Shown in pieces: positions 18,752 to 27,409 of a stretch of DNA of 64,000 nucleotides. A program made the position numbers and the translations under genes. The DNA is taken from contig JASJLI010000099.1 of the NCBI GenBank assembly GCA_037620805.1, positions 3,211 through 67,210 of the forward strand, in the 5' to 3' direction. The first letter of the stretch is position 1. Each line of letters opens with the position of its first letter. The notes beneath the pieces were generated by a model, which saw nothing but the letters and a program-made list of their open reading frames with translations, ran no database searches and was not told the origin of the DNA. Source of the stretch: Akkermansiaceae bacterium. GTDB lineage: Bacteria; Verrucomicrobiota; Verrucomicrobiia; Verrucomicrobiales; Akkermansiaceae.

Positions 18752-19519
18752 TCAAGCTCCTCGCATCAATGAAATTTCCGAGAGGCTGATGAGGGAATTT
18801 TTGATGTCTTCGGCGGTGGCTGATTTGAGCTCTGTTGCGGTCATGGCTCCGTCGACGAGGAACTTGCCGGAGCGTGTGCGACGAAGAGCGGAGAGGTGAG
18901 CTCCGCAGCCAAGGTCTTGGCCGATGTCGTGGGCGTAGGTTCGAACGTAGAAACCTTTGGAGCAATTGACCGTGAAGTCAACCTCGGGGAGGCCGATGCG
19001 GTCGATTGAGTAGTCGGTGATGTAGATAGCACGGGGTTTGCGTTCTACTTCGATGCCTTTACGAGCAAGTTTGTAGAGTGGGACGCCGTTCTTTTTGATG
19101 GCGGAAACCATCGGGGGGATTTGCTCGAAATTGCCGACGTATTTATTGAAGGCTGTGTCGATTTGTTCATCGGTGAACGGGGGGACTTCTTTTTCTTCAA
19201 GGGTGTCGCTTTCCTTGTCTTGCGAAGATGTGGTGACTCCCAAGGTCATGGTGCCTTTGTATTCTTTGTCCTCGGACATGAGCAGGTCTTGAATTTTGGT
19301 GGCACGACCGATGACTAACATCAGTAGTCCGGTGGCCATGGGGTCGAGTGTGCCACAGTGTCCGATTTTTTTGAACTTGAGCTGTCGGCGGCAGATAGCG
19401 ACGGCATCGTGGGACGTCATGTCGGGCTCTTTGTCAACGAGCAGGACGCCACAGGGATCGTCGCCGCCTGCGGCGGAATTATGAATGTTGAATGTTGAAT
19501 GTTGAATGTCTTTAGCCAT
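18752..19519 (-). CDS. truB: tRNA pseudouridine(55) synthase
   Basis: GVLLVDKEPDMTSHDAV...GHCGTLDPMATGLL. The first roughly 15 codons (IQHSTFNIHNS) are encoded by the GAATGTT heptad array, so the true start is uncertain. Confidence 0.92.
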   Translation of the reverse strand: MAKDIQHSTFNIHNSAAGGDDPCGVLLVDKEPDMTSHDAVAICRRQLKFKKIGHCGTLDPMATGLLMLVIGRATKIQDLLMSEDKEYKGTMTLGVTTSSQDKESDTLEEKEVPPFTDEQIDTAFNKYVGNFEQIPPMVSAIKKNGVPLYKLARKGIEVERKPRAIYITDYSIDRIGLPEVDFTVNCSKGFYVRTYAHDIGQDLGCGAHLSALRRTRSGKFLVDGAMTATELKSATAEDIKNSLISLSEISLMRGA

Positions 19520-19617
19520 GGAGATGAATGTTGAATTATGAATTTAGAATGGTGAATGAGTTGGAATGGTTAATCAGGATGTGAATTCTACATTCACTAT
19601 TCAACATTCATAATTCC
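19475..19617. repeat. GAATnnn/ATTCnnn heptad arrays containing a perfect 19-nt inverted repeat (19475-19493 and 19599-19617)
   Basis: GGAATTATGAATGTTGAAT at 19475-19493 is the exact reverse complement of ATTCAACATTCATAATTCC at 19599-19617. GAATGTT occurs 3 times in tandem at 19483-19503. Confidence 0.9.
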
Positions 19618-20580
19618 CGAGATGGCGGAAAGGACTTTGTCCTTTGCGTCATCAAGGGGACCAGTCATGCGGATGCCAGCGGCGCGGGCGTGGCCACCTC
19701 CGCGGAATTGTTGGGCAAGTTCGCTGCAGTTGACGGTGCTGTCTTTAGCTCGGAGTGAAACGCGTATTTTTCCGTCGGGGAGTTCTTCAAAAAAGGCGGC
19801 AACGATGACGCCTTCAATGCCTCGGATGAGGTCGATGAGGTCTTCGCTGTCTTCGGGCTTGAGTTTGTATTCCTCTTTGACGGAGTTGAGTAATTCCCAG
19901 TGAGCGACTTTGCCATCGTCTACCAGTTCAAGGGTGTTGAGTAGGGAACGGAGGAGTTCGATTTTTCGATAAGGATTATTATCGTATGTCTGGGAGTTGA
20001 TGGTTCCCACATCCAGACCTCGTCGAACGAGGTCGGCGGCCATCTCGTAGGTGGCGGCCGTGGTATTGGAATATTGGAATGAGCCAGTGTCGGTGGAGAC
20101 GGCGACGTAGATGGAGTCGCGGCTTAGCTCGGAAAAAGGGAGGCCTTGCTCGGTGATCAGATGATAGAGGATTTGGCCTGTGGCGGGGGAAATTGAATCG
20201 ATGTGGTTGAGGTCACCGTAACCTGGATTGGATACATGGTGGTCGATGTTGATCCAGAGGGTAGCTTTGGACGCAGCGTTAAGGGCATTGTCTCCGAGGC
20301 GAGGCTTGGTGGCGCAGTCGAGAGCGATGGCTACTTGCACATCGAGAGGTTCCGCTGGTGGAGTTTGGATTTTATCGCTGCCAGGAAGGAAGGTCAGGTT
20401 GTCAGGGGTGCCGTCCTCATTGATGTAGTGGACGGTTTTTCCCATTTGCTCGAGGGCGTGACCGAGGGCGATCTGGGAGCCAATGGCATCGCCATCAGGG
20501 CGAAGGTGACTAAGGACAATAAAGGTGTCGTGGGCGCGGATAGCATCGGCTATCTCCTGGAAGCTGTTATTTTCACTCAT
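19597..20580 (-). CDS. nrnA: DHH/DHHA1 phosphoesterase (NrnA-type oligoribonuclease / pAp phosphatase)
   Basis: HLRPDGDAIGS, NIDHHVSN and GGGHARAAG motifs; 327 aa. Confidence 0.85.
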   Translation of the reverse strand: MSENNSFQEIADAIRAHDTFIVLSHLRPDGDAIGSQIALGHALEQMGKTVHYINEDGTPDNLTFLPGSDKIQTPPAEPLDVQVAIALDCATKPRLGDNALNAASKATLWINIDHHVSNPGYGDLNHIDSISPATGQILYHLITEQGLPFSELSRDSIYVAVSTDTGSFQYSNTTAATYEMAADLVRRGLDVGTINSQTYDNNPYRKIELLRSLLNTLELVDDGKVAHWELLNSVKEEYKLKPEDSEDLIDLIRGIEGVIVAAFFEELPDGKIRVSLRAKDSTVNCSELAQQFRGGGHARAAGIRMTGPLDDAKDKVLSAISGIMNVE

Positions 20581-20723
20581 ACGGATGGAACGTTTTGTGT
20601 GTTGAGAAGGGATTTAGACAGAATTAGCATAATTGACAGAATTTTTTTAGGTGGGTTTCTGTGTCGTGATGTCAGATTGAAGTTTCCAGTAGCAGGTTTT
20701 CAGTTTATGATCATACTCACGAA

Positions 20724-21560
20724 ATGGATTTTCTTAGGCAACATTGGACGGATGGAGTGGAGATACTGATCTTATGGTTTGGACTCTATCAGATTTACCG
20801 TGCGTTTAAGAAGACGCGTGGCGCGAGGATTTTGCTGGGGCTGGTGCTGTTGCTGATGGTGTTATCGTTGCTTTCTCTTGTGCTTGAACTAGAGGTCATC
20901 TGGTGGCTTCTCTACAAGGTTCTGGCGCTAATGGCTTTCGGATTGATCATTATTTTCCAACCAGAACTACGTAATGCCCTAGCGCGTTTGGGTAGTAGTA
21001 AGTTGTTTTTATTTTCCCAGACACAGAAACACGAGTTTCTCGATACCATTGCCGATGCAGTGGGTCAGCTTTCAAAGAAGAGGATCGGGGCGCTGTTTGC
21101 CTTTGAACGGTCGATCTCACTGAAGGAACATTTGGAAACCGGTGTGGAGTTGGATGCGGTGCTATCCCCGGAGTTTGCGTTGACGGTTTTTCATCCGAAG
21201 ACAGTGTTACATGATGGTGGTATGATTATTGCCCAGAACCGAGTGGCAGGTGCCGGTTGTGTATTCCCTGTGAGTTCGCGTGAGCTGGCAGACCGTAGCA
21301 CGGGATTGCGGCATAGGGCTGCGATCGGGGTGACTGAAGAAACCGACTGCGTAGCCGTTGTGGTGAGCGAGGAAACAGGGCAGGTTTCCGTATGCGTTGA
21401 TGGCAAACTTGTCAGAAATTTAAGCGACGAGGAATTCCGTGAGAAAATGGAATCGATCTTTTTACCTAATGAAGAAACCAATGAAGAACATACTGAAGAA
21501 GAATTGGCCGGCAAAGCTAGCGACCTTAATGGTGGCAATAGCGATCTGGTTTCTGATTAA
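20724..21560 (+). CDS. cdaA: Diadenylate cyclase (CdaA type; three N-terminal TM helices plus a DAC domain)
   Basis: TVLHDGGMII and GLRHRAAIGVTEETDCVAVVVSEETGQVS motifs. The acidic C-terminal tail overlaps the next small ORF. Confidence 0.9.
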   Translation: MDFLRQHWTDGVEILILWFGLYQIYRAFKKTRGARILLGLVLLLMVLSLLSLVLELEVIWWLLYKVLALMAFGLIIIFQPELRNALARLGSSKLFLFSQTQKHEFLDTIADAVGQLSKKRIGALFAFERSISLKEHLETGVELDAVLSPEFALTVFHPKTVLHDGGMIIAQNRVAGAGCVFPVSSRELADRSTGLRHRAAIGVTEETDCVAVVVSEETGQVSVCVDGKLVRNLSDEEFREKMESIFLPNEETNEEHTEEELAGKASDLNGGNSDLVSD

Positions 21561-21624
21561 CTACATTGTTAAGACTGAGCAGTCGGGGACCTCAAAGCCA
21601 GGTGCCAGGGCCGTAGAGGAGTGA
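21469..21624 (+). CDS. Candidate 51-aa membrane mini-protein resembling only the N-terminal TM segment of CdaR/YbbR
   Basis: MKKPMKNILKKNWPAKLATLMVAIAIWFLINYIVKTEQSG... It overlaps the cdaA 3' end by 92 nt in another frame. No YbbR domains follow, because bioD starts at 21641. Confidence 0.35.
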   Translation: MKKPMKNILKKNWPAKLATLMVAIAIWFLINYIVKTEQSGTSKPGARAVEE

Positions 21625-21640
21625 TTTTTATTAGAAGAAA

Positions 21641-22300
21641 ATGAAAGGACTATTTATTACCGGAACGGACACCGGCGCGGGAAAGACGTATGTGACCTCA
21701 TTGATTATTAAAGCACTGCGAGCCGAGGGGGTGGATGCCGTCGGGTATAAACCGATTTGCTGCGGTGGACGTGAGGATGCATATGCATTACAGAATGCCT
21801 CGGGAGGTAGCGTTGATCTGAATCGGGTAAATCCATGTTATTTGCGAACACCCGCAGCCCCATATGTGGCGGGTATGTTCGAAAACCATGAGCTGACCGT
21901 TGAGCCCCTTATCGAAGGATGCAAAGAGCTGGGCTCAGAATACGAGGCGGTTATCGCCGAGGGTGTCGGAGGATGGCTTGTGCCTATTTTGAAGGATTAC
22001 ATGGTGTCTGATTTGGCCAAGGAGCTGGGGATGCCTGTCATTCTTGTCGTGGGCAATCGACTGGGGGCTTTGAACACGACGTTACTGACGGTGCAGGCGA
22101 TGCGAGCTATCGGCGTCGAGCCAGCAGGCTTGATCTTTAATCACCTGGATGACGAGTTGGATACAGCGGCGATCACGAACAAAGGGATTGCTGAAGAATT
22201 GACTGGCGTTCCCGTTTTGATGGATGTGATTCGGGATCAGGAGGAAATCGAAGCTTGGCCATTTCAAGAGTTGATTGGTCCATTAGTCACTGGTCAATAG
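21641..22300 (+). CDS. bioD: Dethiobiotin synthase
   Basis: MKGLFITGTDTGAGKTYVTS...GYKPICCG...AEGVGGW. Confidence 0.9.
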   Translation: MKGLFITGTDTGAGKTYVTSLIIKALRAEGVDAVGYKPICCGGREDAYALQNASGGSVDLNRVNPCYLRTPAAPYVAGMFENHELTVEPLIEGCKELGSEYEAVIAEGVGGWLVPILKDYMVSDLAKELGMPVILVVGNRLGALNTTLLTVQAMRAIGVEPAGLIFNHLDDELDTAAITNKGIAEELTGVPVLMDVIRDQEEIEAWPFQELIGPLVTGQ

Positions 22301-22326
22301 CCGCCGGTTGCTATATCAAAGAACCC

Positions 22327-22800
22327 ATGATTGACATGCTGGTAAGGCTCTACGAGCTACCCGATACAAAGGAGATCTTCGAACGGGTGGAGTCGCAGGG
22401 GATTGTTCTTCGTCGCGCCCGTGCCTATGAACGCCACATTGTTGCTGCCTGGGCAGGGGAGAATTTTTCACCAAAGTGGGAGAGCGAAGTGAAGATCGCG
22501 TTTTCACGTCAGCCGGTGACCTGCTACATCGCCACAAAGGATAAAGAGATTCTTGGGTTTGCCTGTTATGAAACAACGGCCAAAGGCTTTTACGGCCCGA
22601 CCGGTGTGAGTGAAGCTGCAAGAGGTACAGGAATTGGTAAAGCGCTACTATTCAAATGCATGAAGGGACTCAAGGATTTGGGCTACGTCTATGGTATGAT
22701 CGGAGGCGTGGGGCCGCGTGAGTTTTACGAGAAAGCCATCGGTGCAGTAGAAATTCCAGGTAGTGACCCTGGAATTTATCGCGACATCCTACCGGATTAA
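22327..22800 (+). CDS. GNAT-family N-acetyltransferase
   Basis: GVSEAARGTGIGKALLFKCMKGLKDLGY is an acetyl-CoA binding motif. The internal ATG at 22327 is preferred over the long ORF start at 22255, which overlaps bioD. Confidence 0.7.
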   Translation: MIDMLVRLYELPDTKEIFERVESQGIVLRRARAYERHIVAAWAGENFSPKWESEVKIAFSRQPVTCYIATKDKEILGFACYETTAKGFYGPTGVSEAARGTGIGKALLFKCMKGLKDLGYVYGMIGGVGPREFYEKAIGAVEIPGSDPGIYRDILPD

Positions 22801-22801
22801 G

Positions 22802-22836
22802 TTGGTATTTGGAGTTTAAAACTTGGAGTTTAAAAG
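22802..22836 (+). repeat. 35-nt heptad array TTGGTAT TTGGAGT TTAAAAC TTGGAGT TTAAAAG
   Basis: Lies between the GNAT stop (22800) and the menG GTG (22838). It is 32/35 identical to the reverse complement of 54987-55021 and related to 34593-34627. Confidence 0.85.
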
Positions 22837-22837
22837 C

Positions 22838-23509
22838 GTGCAGGATCCCAAATATGTCAAAGAGGCGTTTAGCCGTATTGCCGACCGTTATGTGGTCACG
22901 AATCATGTGCTCAGCGTGGGCACAGATATTCTGTGGCGAAAGAAAGTTGGGCGCATGGTTGCCGATTGGGAGCCACAAAGTATTCTGGATGTCGCAACGG
23001 GAACCGGTGACCTTGCTTTGGAGATACAGAGAAAATGCCCTGATGCGAAAGTGACGGGGTCGGATTTTTGTGAGGAAATGTTAGCCTATGCGGCTGATGG
23101 TGGTGTGCGTGAAACCATCGTGGCCGATGCGATGAATATGCCGTTTGATGATGACTCTTATGATGTGCTTACTGTGGCCTTTGGGCTGCGCAATATGGCG
23201 AGCTGGCCTGATGCTCTTAAGGAGATGCACCGCGTGATCAAGCCAGGGGGGCATATTCTTATCTTGGACTTCTCGTTACCTACGGGGATATTGCGAGGGC
23301 CGTATCGATTTTACCTGAACAAGATTCTACCCAAGATCGCAGGACTGATGACGGGAGAAGGGGATGCCTACGAATACCTGGCTGGAACCATCGAGCAATT
23401 TCCTAGTGGTAAGGATATGACCAATCTGATTGAGGCAAATGGTTTCTCCGGAGCGGAGTCAGATCCGCTTACCTTTGGGGTGGCGTCGATCTATACTGCC
23501 ACGGCATGA
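22838..23509 (+). CDS. ubiE: Demethylmenaquinone / ubiquinone C-methyltransferase
   Basis: FSRIADRYVVTNHVLSVGTDILWRKK...LDVATGTGDLAL...FGLRN. The start is GTG 22838 or TTG 22823. Confidence 0.9.
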   Translation: MQDPKYVKEAFSRIADRYVVTNHVLSVGTDILWRKKVGRMVADWEPQSILDVATGTGDLALEIQRKCPDAKVTGSDFCEEMLAYAADGGVRETIVADAMNMPFDDDSYDVLTVAFGLRNMASWPDALKEMHRVIKPGGHILILDFSLPTGILRGPYRFYLNKILPKIAGLMTGEGDAYEYLAGTIEQFPSGKDMTNLIEANGFSGAESDPLTFGVASIYTATA

Positions 23510-23556
23510 TGATATATTGCGTTGCGAAGGGGGGATTTGTCGCCTAGCCTGCCGCC

Positions 23557-24651
23557 ATGTCGATTCAACAATTTTCCAATCAGTTTGTTTGTGATCTCGT
23601 GGCTTATGAGCCCGGGAAGCCGATCGAGGAAACCGCCCGCGAGCTCGGTCTGGATCCAGCAACGATCGTTAAGCTCGCGTCCAATGAGAACCCACTAGGT
23701 CCGGCTCCTGCAGCCAAGGTGGCCATGCAAAATGAGATTGATCAAGTCCACATCTACCCTGACGGTGGTGGATTTAAATTGAGATCAGCTCTGGCAGAAA
23801 AACACGGGCTCGGTTTGGAGAATGTTGTTCTGGGAAATGGTTCCAACGAAATCATCGAGCTGCTGTGTCATTGTTTTCTCAACCCGAAAGCTGAGCTGAT
23901 CGCTGCGGAGCACGCATTTGTCGTCTATAAATTAATGGCGACGCTATTTGGTGCGAAGTATGTTGAGGTGGCAGACCCCGATTTTATCCACGATGTCGAT
24001 GGTATGGCAGATGCAATTACGGCGGACACACGACTGGTGTTTATAGCCAATCCTAACAACCCTACAGGAACACTGGTTGGGCAAGAGGCGCTTGACCGCT
24101 TTATGGATCGCCTCCCGGAGCATGTGGTGGCGGTATTTGACGAGGCATACTACGAATTTCTCGATGATGCGCCTGATACCCTTAAGTACATTGCTGAAGG
24201 GCGCAATGTTTGCGTGCTGCGCACCTTTTCCAAGGCTTATGGTTTGGCTGGTTTGAGGATCGGCTATGGATTGGCGTCTCCGGAGGTTGCTGCGATTTTA
24301 CAAAAAGCCCGACAACCGTTTAATGCCAATGCGATGGCTCAGGCTGCTGCTCTGGCTGCGATGGCTGATACGGAGCACGTTGCTAAAACTCTGGAAACTA
24401 ATAACACTGGTCTTAGATTTTATGAGAAGGCCTTTGCTGAACGTGGATTGCAATTTGTGCCGAGCGTGGCGAACTTCATTCTCGTCAAAGTGGGCGACGG
24501 CGATGATCTCTTCCAGAAGATGTTGGGAAAGGGCGTGATTATCCGTGCGATGAGGGGTTATAAACTTCCGGAGTGGGTGCGTATTTCCATCGGAACCCAA
24601 TCTGAAAATGAGCGCTGCATTGAGGTCCTTGATGAGGTTTTAAATGGCTGA
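23557..24651 (+). CDS. hisC: Histidinol-phosphate aminotransferase
   Basis: LASNENPLGP, NPNNPTG, FSKAYGLAGLRIGY. Confidence 0.93.
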   Translation: MSIQQFSNQFVCDLVAYEPGKPIEETARELGLDPATIVKLASNENPLGPAPAAKVAMQNEIDQVHIYPDGGGFKLRSALAEKHGLGLENVVLGNGSNEIIELLCHCFLNPKAELIAAEHAFVVYKLMATLFGAKYVEVADPDFIHDVDGMADAITADTRLVFIANPNNPTGTLVGQEALDRFMDRLPEHVVAVFDEAYYEFLDDAPDTLKYIAEGRNVCVLRTFSKAYGLAGLRIGYGLASPEVAAILQKARQPFNANAMAQAAALAAMADTEHVAKTLETNNTGLRFYEKAFAERGLQFVPSVANFILVKVGDGDDLFQKMLGKGVIIRAMRGYKLPEWVRISIGTQSENERCIEVLDEVLNG

Positions 24652-24743
24652 AGTCTAGCGTTGGGCTTTAATTGATGACCGATGCATGGTTGACACTTGG
24701 ACCTCAAAGATTACGATACCCCAGCTATCAACTATTCTTGACC

Positions 24744-26042
24744 ATGAGCGGCTCATCCCAACTTTCCCAGGCTAGTTTTCCCTGTAAACATTGCCAGCAG
24801 GCTATCTTCATTCCTGCTGGACTGCCTCCGACGACGGCTCCATGCCCCCATTGTGGAAAGGAAATAACCTCGCCAGATCAGAGCTTGCCAGCGGTTCCTG
24901 CATTTGAACCGCCTGAGGAAAAGGCCCCTGCTGAGCAACCGGTGCGCCTGAAAGCTCCTGAAAAATCCCTTCAAAAGATTACAAGAAAGAACGACATTGT
25001 TTCTCCTCAAGTATCCTCCCTCGGAGCTGGAAACAAGCGTCGAGGCAAGGGGAATATGGTCGCTGTGATTGTGGCGGCACTGATCTTGTTAGTAGTAGGA
25101 GGGGTAACATTCTGGCTGGCTCAAAAGTGGAAGCAGGATAAACAGGACCCAAAAGCTTCTAGTTCTCCCACTGCCGATAAAAACACGTCAGACGAAGCGT
25201 GGAAAATGACGGGCTGGAAAGAGGACGCCTCCAAGGTGCTCATTGGGTTTATGTTTGCCAAGTCGCCTGAAGAGCGGATGAAATATGTGATTCCTAACGA
25301 AGGCGTGATGGAAGAGTTAGAGATGTACTATCCTGAAGGAATCGACGATTCAGATACTCCGATGGAATCGTTCGGGCACGTTATGGGTAGTAACATTGAT
25401 CATGAACGTGGAATTTTTCTGATGCAGTATCGTCAACCTGTCCAGATTGATATACGGGAGTATTTTGCGCCGATTGGATCTTTGGATCGAGTTATGGGTC
25501 GAGGACCGACGACTCTGATGGAAATGGCCTACCGGATTGATGAACACAACCTCTCCAAGCCGATTGGAATTAATGCCTTTTTCAAGAAAACCGATCAGGG
25601 GCTGAAACTTGATGCCTCTGTGTTTATCCAAGGGAAGAAACGCACTTTTCGAGCCTTTGTGGATTACGCTCAGCCGAAGAAGAAGAAGAGGTTCCGCGTG
25701 GTTGCAAGTGAATCCCTGAGTCACGCACTCCGCGATGACAGGCGCTACCGGACTTATCGCCTTGAGGATTTTGCGTATCCTAAGCATTACGTGAATCTTC
25801 CTATTCTGGTCGATTCCGAAGCTGGGAAAATTCTTGGTGAACTTAACTGGAGAGGCATGAATCGGGATAGAATTCTGCGCACGGCAACAATTGAGCTGGG
25901 ATGGACTAATGAGAGACCGTCCAAGCTGCAGATTGAAAAGGTTGTTTGCTGGGAATTCCTCGGTGTGGGTGGCGAAGTTGGAAACACAGTGCCTAAAGCT
26001 CCTGTGAAAGCTCCCGCTACTGAAGATGCCGGTGGAAAATAA
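24744..26042 (+). CDS. Hypothetical membrane protein with an N-terminal zinc-ribbon (CxxC...CxxC), one TM helix and a conserved-looking C-terminal domain
   Basis: CKHCQQ...CPHCGK; TM helix VAVIVAALILLVVGGVTFWL. No family recognised. The start is taken at ATG 24744. Confidence 0.55.
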   Translation: MSGSSQLSQASFPCKHCQQAIFIPAGLPPTTAPCPHCGKEITSPDQSLPAVPAFEPPEEKAPAEQPVRLKAPEKSLQKITRKNDIVSPQVSSLGAGNKRRGKGNMVAVIVAALILLVVGGVTFWLAQKWKQDKQDPKASSSPTADKNTSDEAWKMTGWKEDASKVLIGFMFAKSPEERMKYVIPNEGVMEELEMYYPEGIDDSDTPMESFGHVMGSNIDHERGIFLMQYRQPVQIDIREYFAPIGSLDRVMGRGPTTLMEMAYRIDEHNLSKPIGINAFFKKTDQGLKLDASVFIQGKKRTFRAFVDYAQPKKKKRFRVVASESLSHALRDDRRYRTYRLEDFAYPKHYVNLPILVDSEAGKILGELNWRGMNRDRILRTATIELGWTNERPSKLQIEKVVCWEFLGVGGEVGNTVPKAPVKAPATEDAGGK

Positions 26043-26046
26043 TCTC

Positions 26047-27390
26047 ATGGAAACGACCATCGCCGCTATTGCGACACCTCCTGGTATGGGAGCCGTCGGT
26101 ATGATCCGTGTGAGCGGACCAGACTCATTTATTAGGGTGAGCGACTGTTTGCCAAGCCGTCAGAGTGCGGCGACATTTGCAGAGCGTTATGCCAAGTTAA
26201 CAAAAATAACAGCTGAGGATGGGGAGGTTATCGATGAGGTGTTGGTCACCTGTTTTCATGGTCCACGGAGTTATACCGGTGAGGATACTGTAGAGATTGC
26301 CTGCCATGGTGGTGTGCTGGTGATGCGGCGAGTGTTGCAACGCCTATTAGACGTTGGTATTCAGCCCGCCTCTGCAGGAGAATTTAGTCAGCGTGCTTTT
26401 CTTAATGGTAAAATGGATCTTACCCAAGCAGAGGCTGTGATGGATTTGATTTCTGCACAGACCGAGCTTGCGATGCGTGCAGCGCACGAGCAGTTGCAGG
26501 GAGTCTTGGGCGATACTTCCGAAGCAATTCGTGAGGAAATCCTCGGAATTGCAGCTCATGTGGAGGCGTATATTGATTTCCCAGAAGAAGATATTGATAC
26601 GGATACGGGCTCGGCATTGGTGAAGCGACTCCAGTTAGCCTGTGCCAGTATTGGAAAGCTTTTACAAACAGCCGAACAAGGGCGGATATTGCGCGAGGGT
26701 GTAAGGACTGTAATATTTGGTTCTCCCAATGCGGGGAAATCGAGTTTACTGAATCGGCTGTTAGGATACGAGCGAGCCATCGTTAGCGATATCGAAGGCA
26801 CGACCCGAGACACCGTCGAAGAAGTTCTTAACCTCCAAGGAATTCCGGTTCGCTTGATCGATACCGCTGGTATGCGAGAGTCTGATGACTTGATCGAACA
26901 GCAGGGGGTAAAGAGGACGCGCGATCAGATAGAAACGGCGGATCTTATTTTAGAAGTGGTCGATGGCACCCAGTCGCGTGTTAGTCATCTGAGTGAAGAT
27001 GACATAGGAGGGCGTCACCATATCCTTGTCATCAATAAATCCGATCTCAGCCAACACTACGACTGGTCAGGTGTCGAAGGTGTCCATATTTCCTGCGCCA
27101 CAGGTGATGGTCTTGAAACATTGATCGATACCATTGCGCATGAACTCTCTATGGGCGCAGGTGAGTGGGGTGGCCATGCCGTGGCGATCAATGCTCGCCA
27201 TCAGACGTGTTTGAGACGTGCTCGAACCGCCCTGACTTTGGCCGAGACCACTCTGACCAATGGTGAAGGAGCCGAGTTTATATCCGTCGAACTTCGTGAT
27301 GCCATGGAAGCCATCGGCGAAATTGCAGGACGGATTGATACCGAGGAATTACTTGGTGAGATCTTCAGTAGTTTTTGTATTGGAAAGTAG
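26047..27390 (+). CDS. mnmE: tRNA modification GTPase MnmE
   Basis: TIAAIATPPGMGAVGMIRVSG, GSPNAGKSSLLN, DTAGMR and the C-terminal FCIGK. Confidence 0.95.
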   Translation: METTIAAIATPPGMGAVGMIRVSGPDSFIRVSDCLPSRQSAATFAERYAKLTKITAEDGEVIDEVLVTCFHGPRSYTGEDTVEIACHGGVLVMRRVLQRLLDVGIQPASAGEFSQRAFLNGKMDLTQAEAVMDLISAQTELAMRAAHEQLQGVLGDTSEAIREEILGIAAHVEAYIDFPEEDIDTDTGSALVKRLQLACASIGKLLQTAEQGRILREGVRTVIFGSPNAGKSSLLNRLLGYERAIVSDIEGTTRDTVEEVLNLQGIPVRLIDTAGMRESDDLIEQQGVKRTRDQIETADLILEVVDGTQSRVSHLSEDDIGGRHHILVINKSDLSQHYDWSGVEGVHISCATGDGLETLIDTIAHELSMGAGEWGGHAVAINARHQTCLRRARTALTLAETTLTNGEGAEFISVELRDAMEAIGEIAGRIDTEELLGEIFSSFCIGK

Positions 27391-27409
27391 GGTAAGTTCC
27401 AAACTCGCC

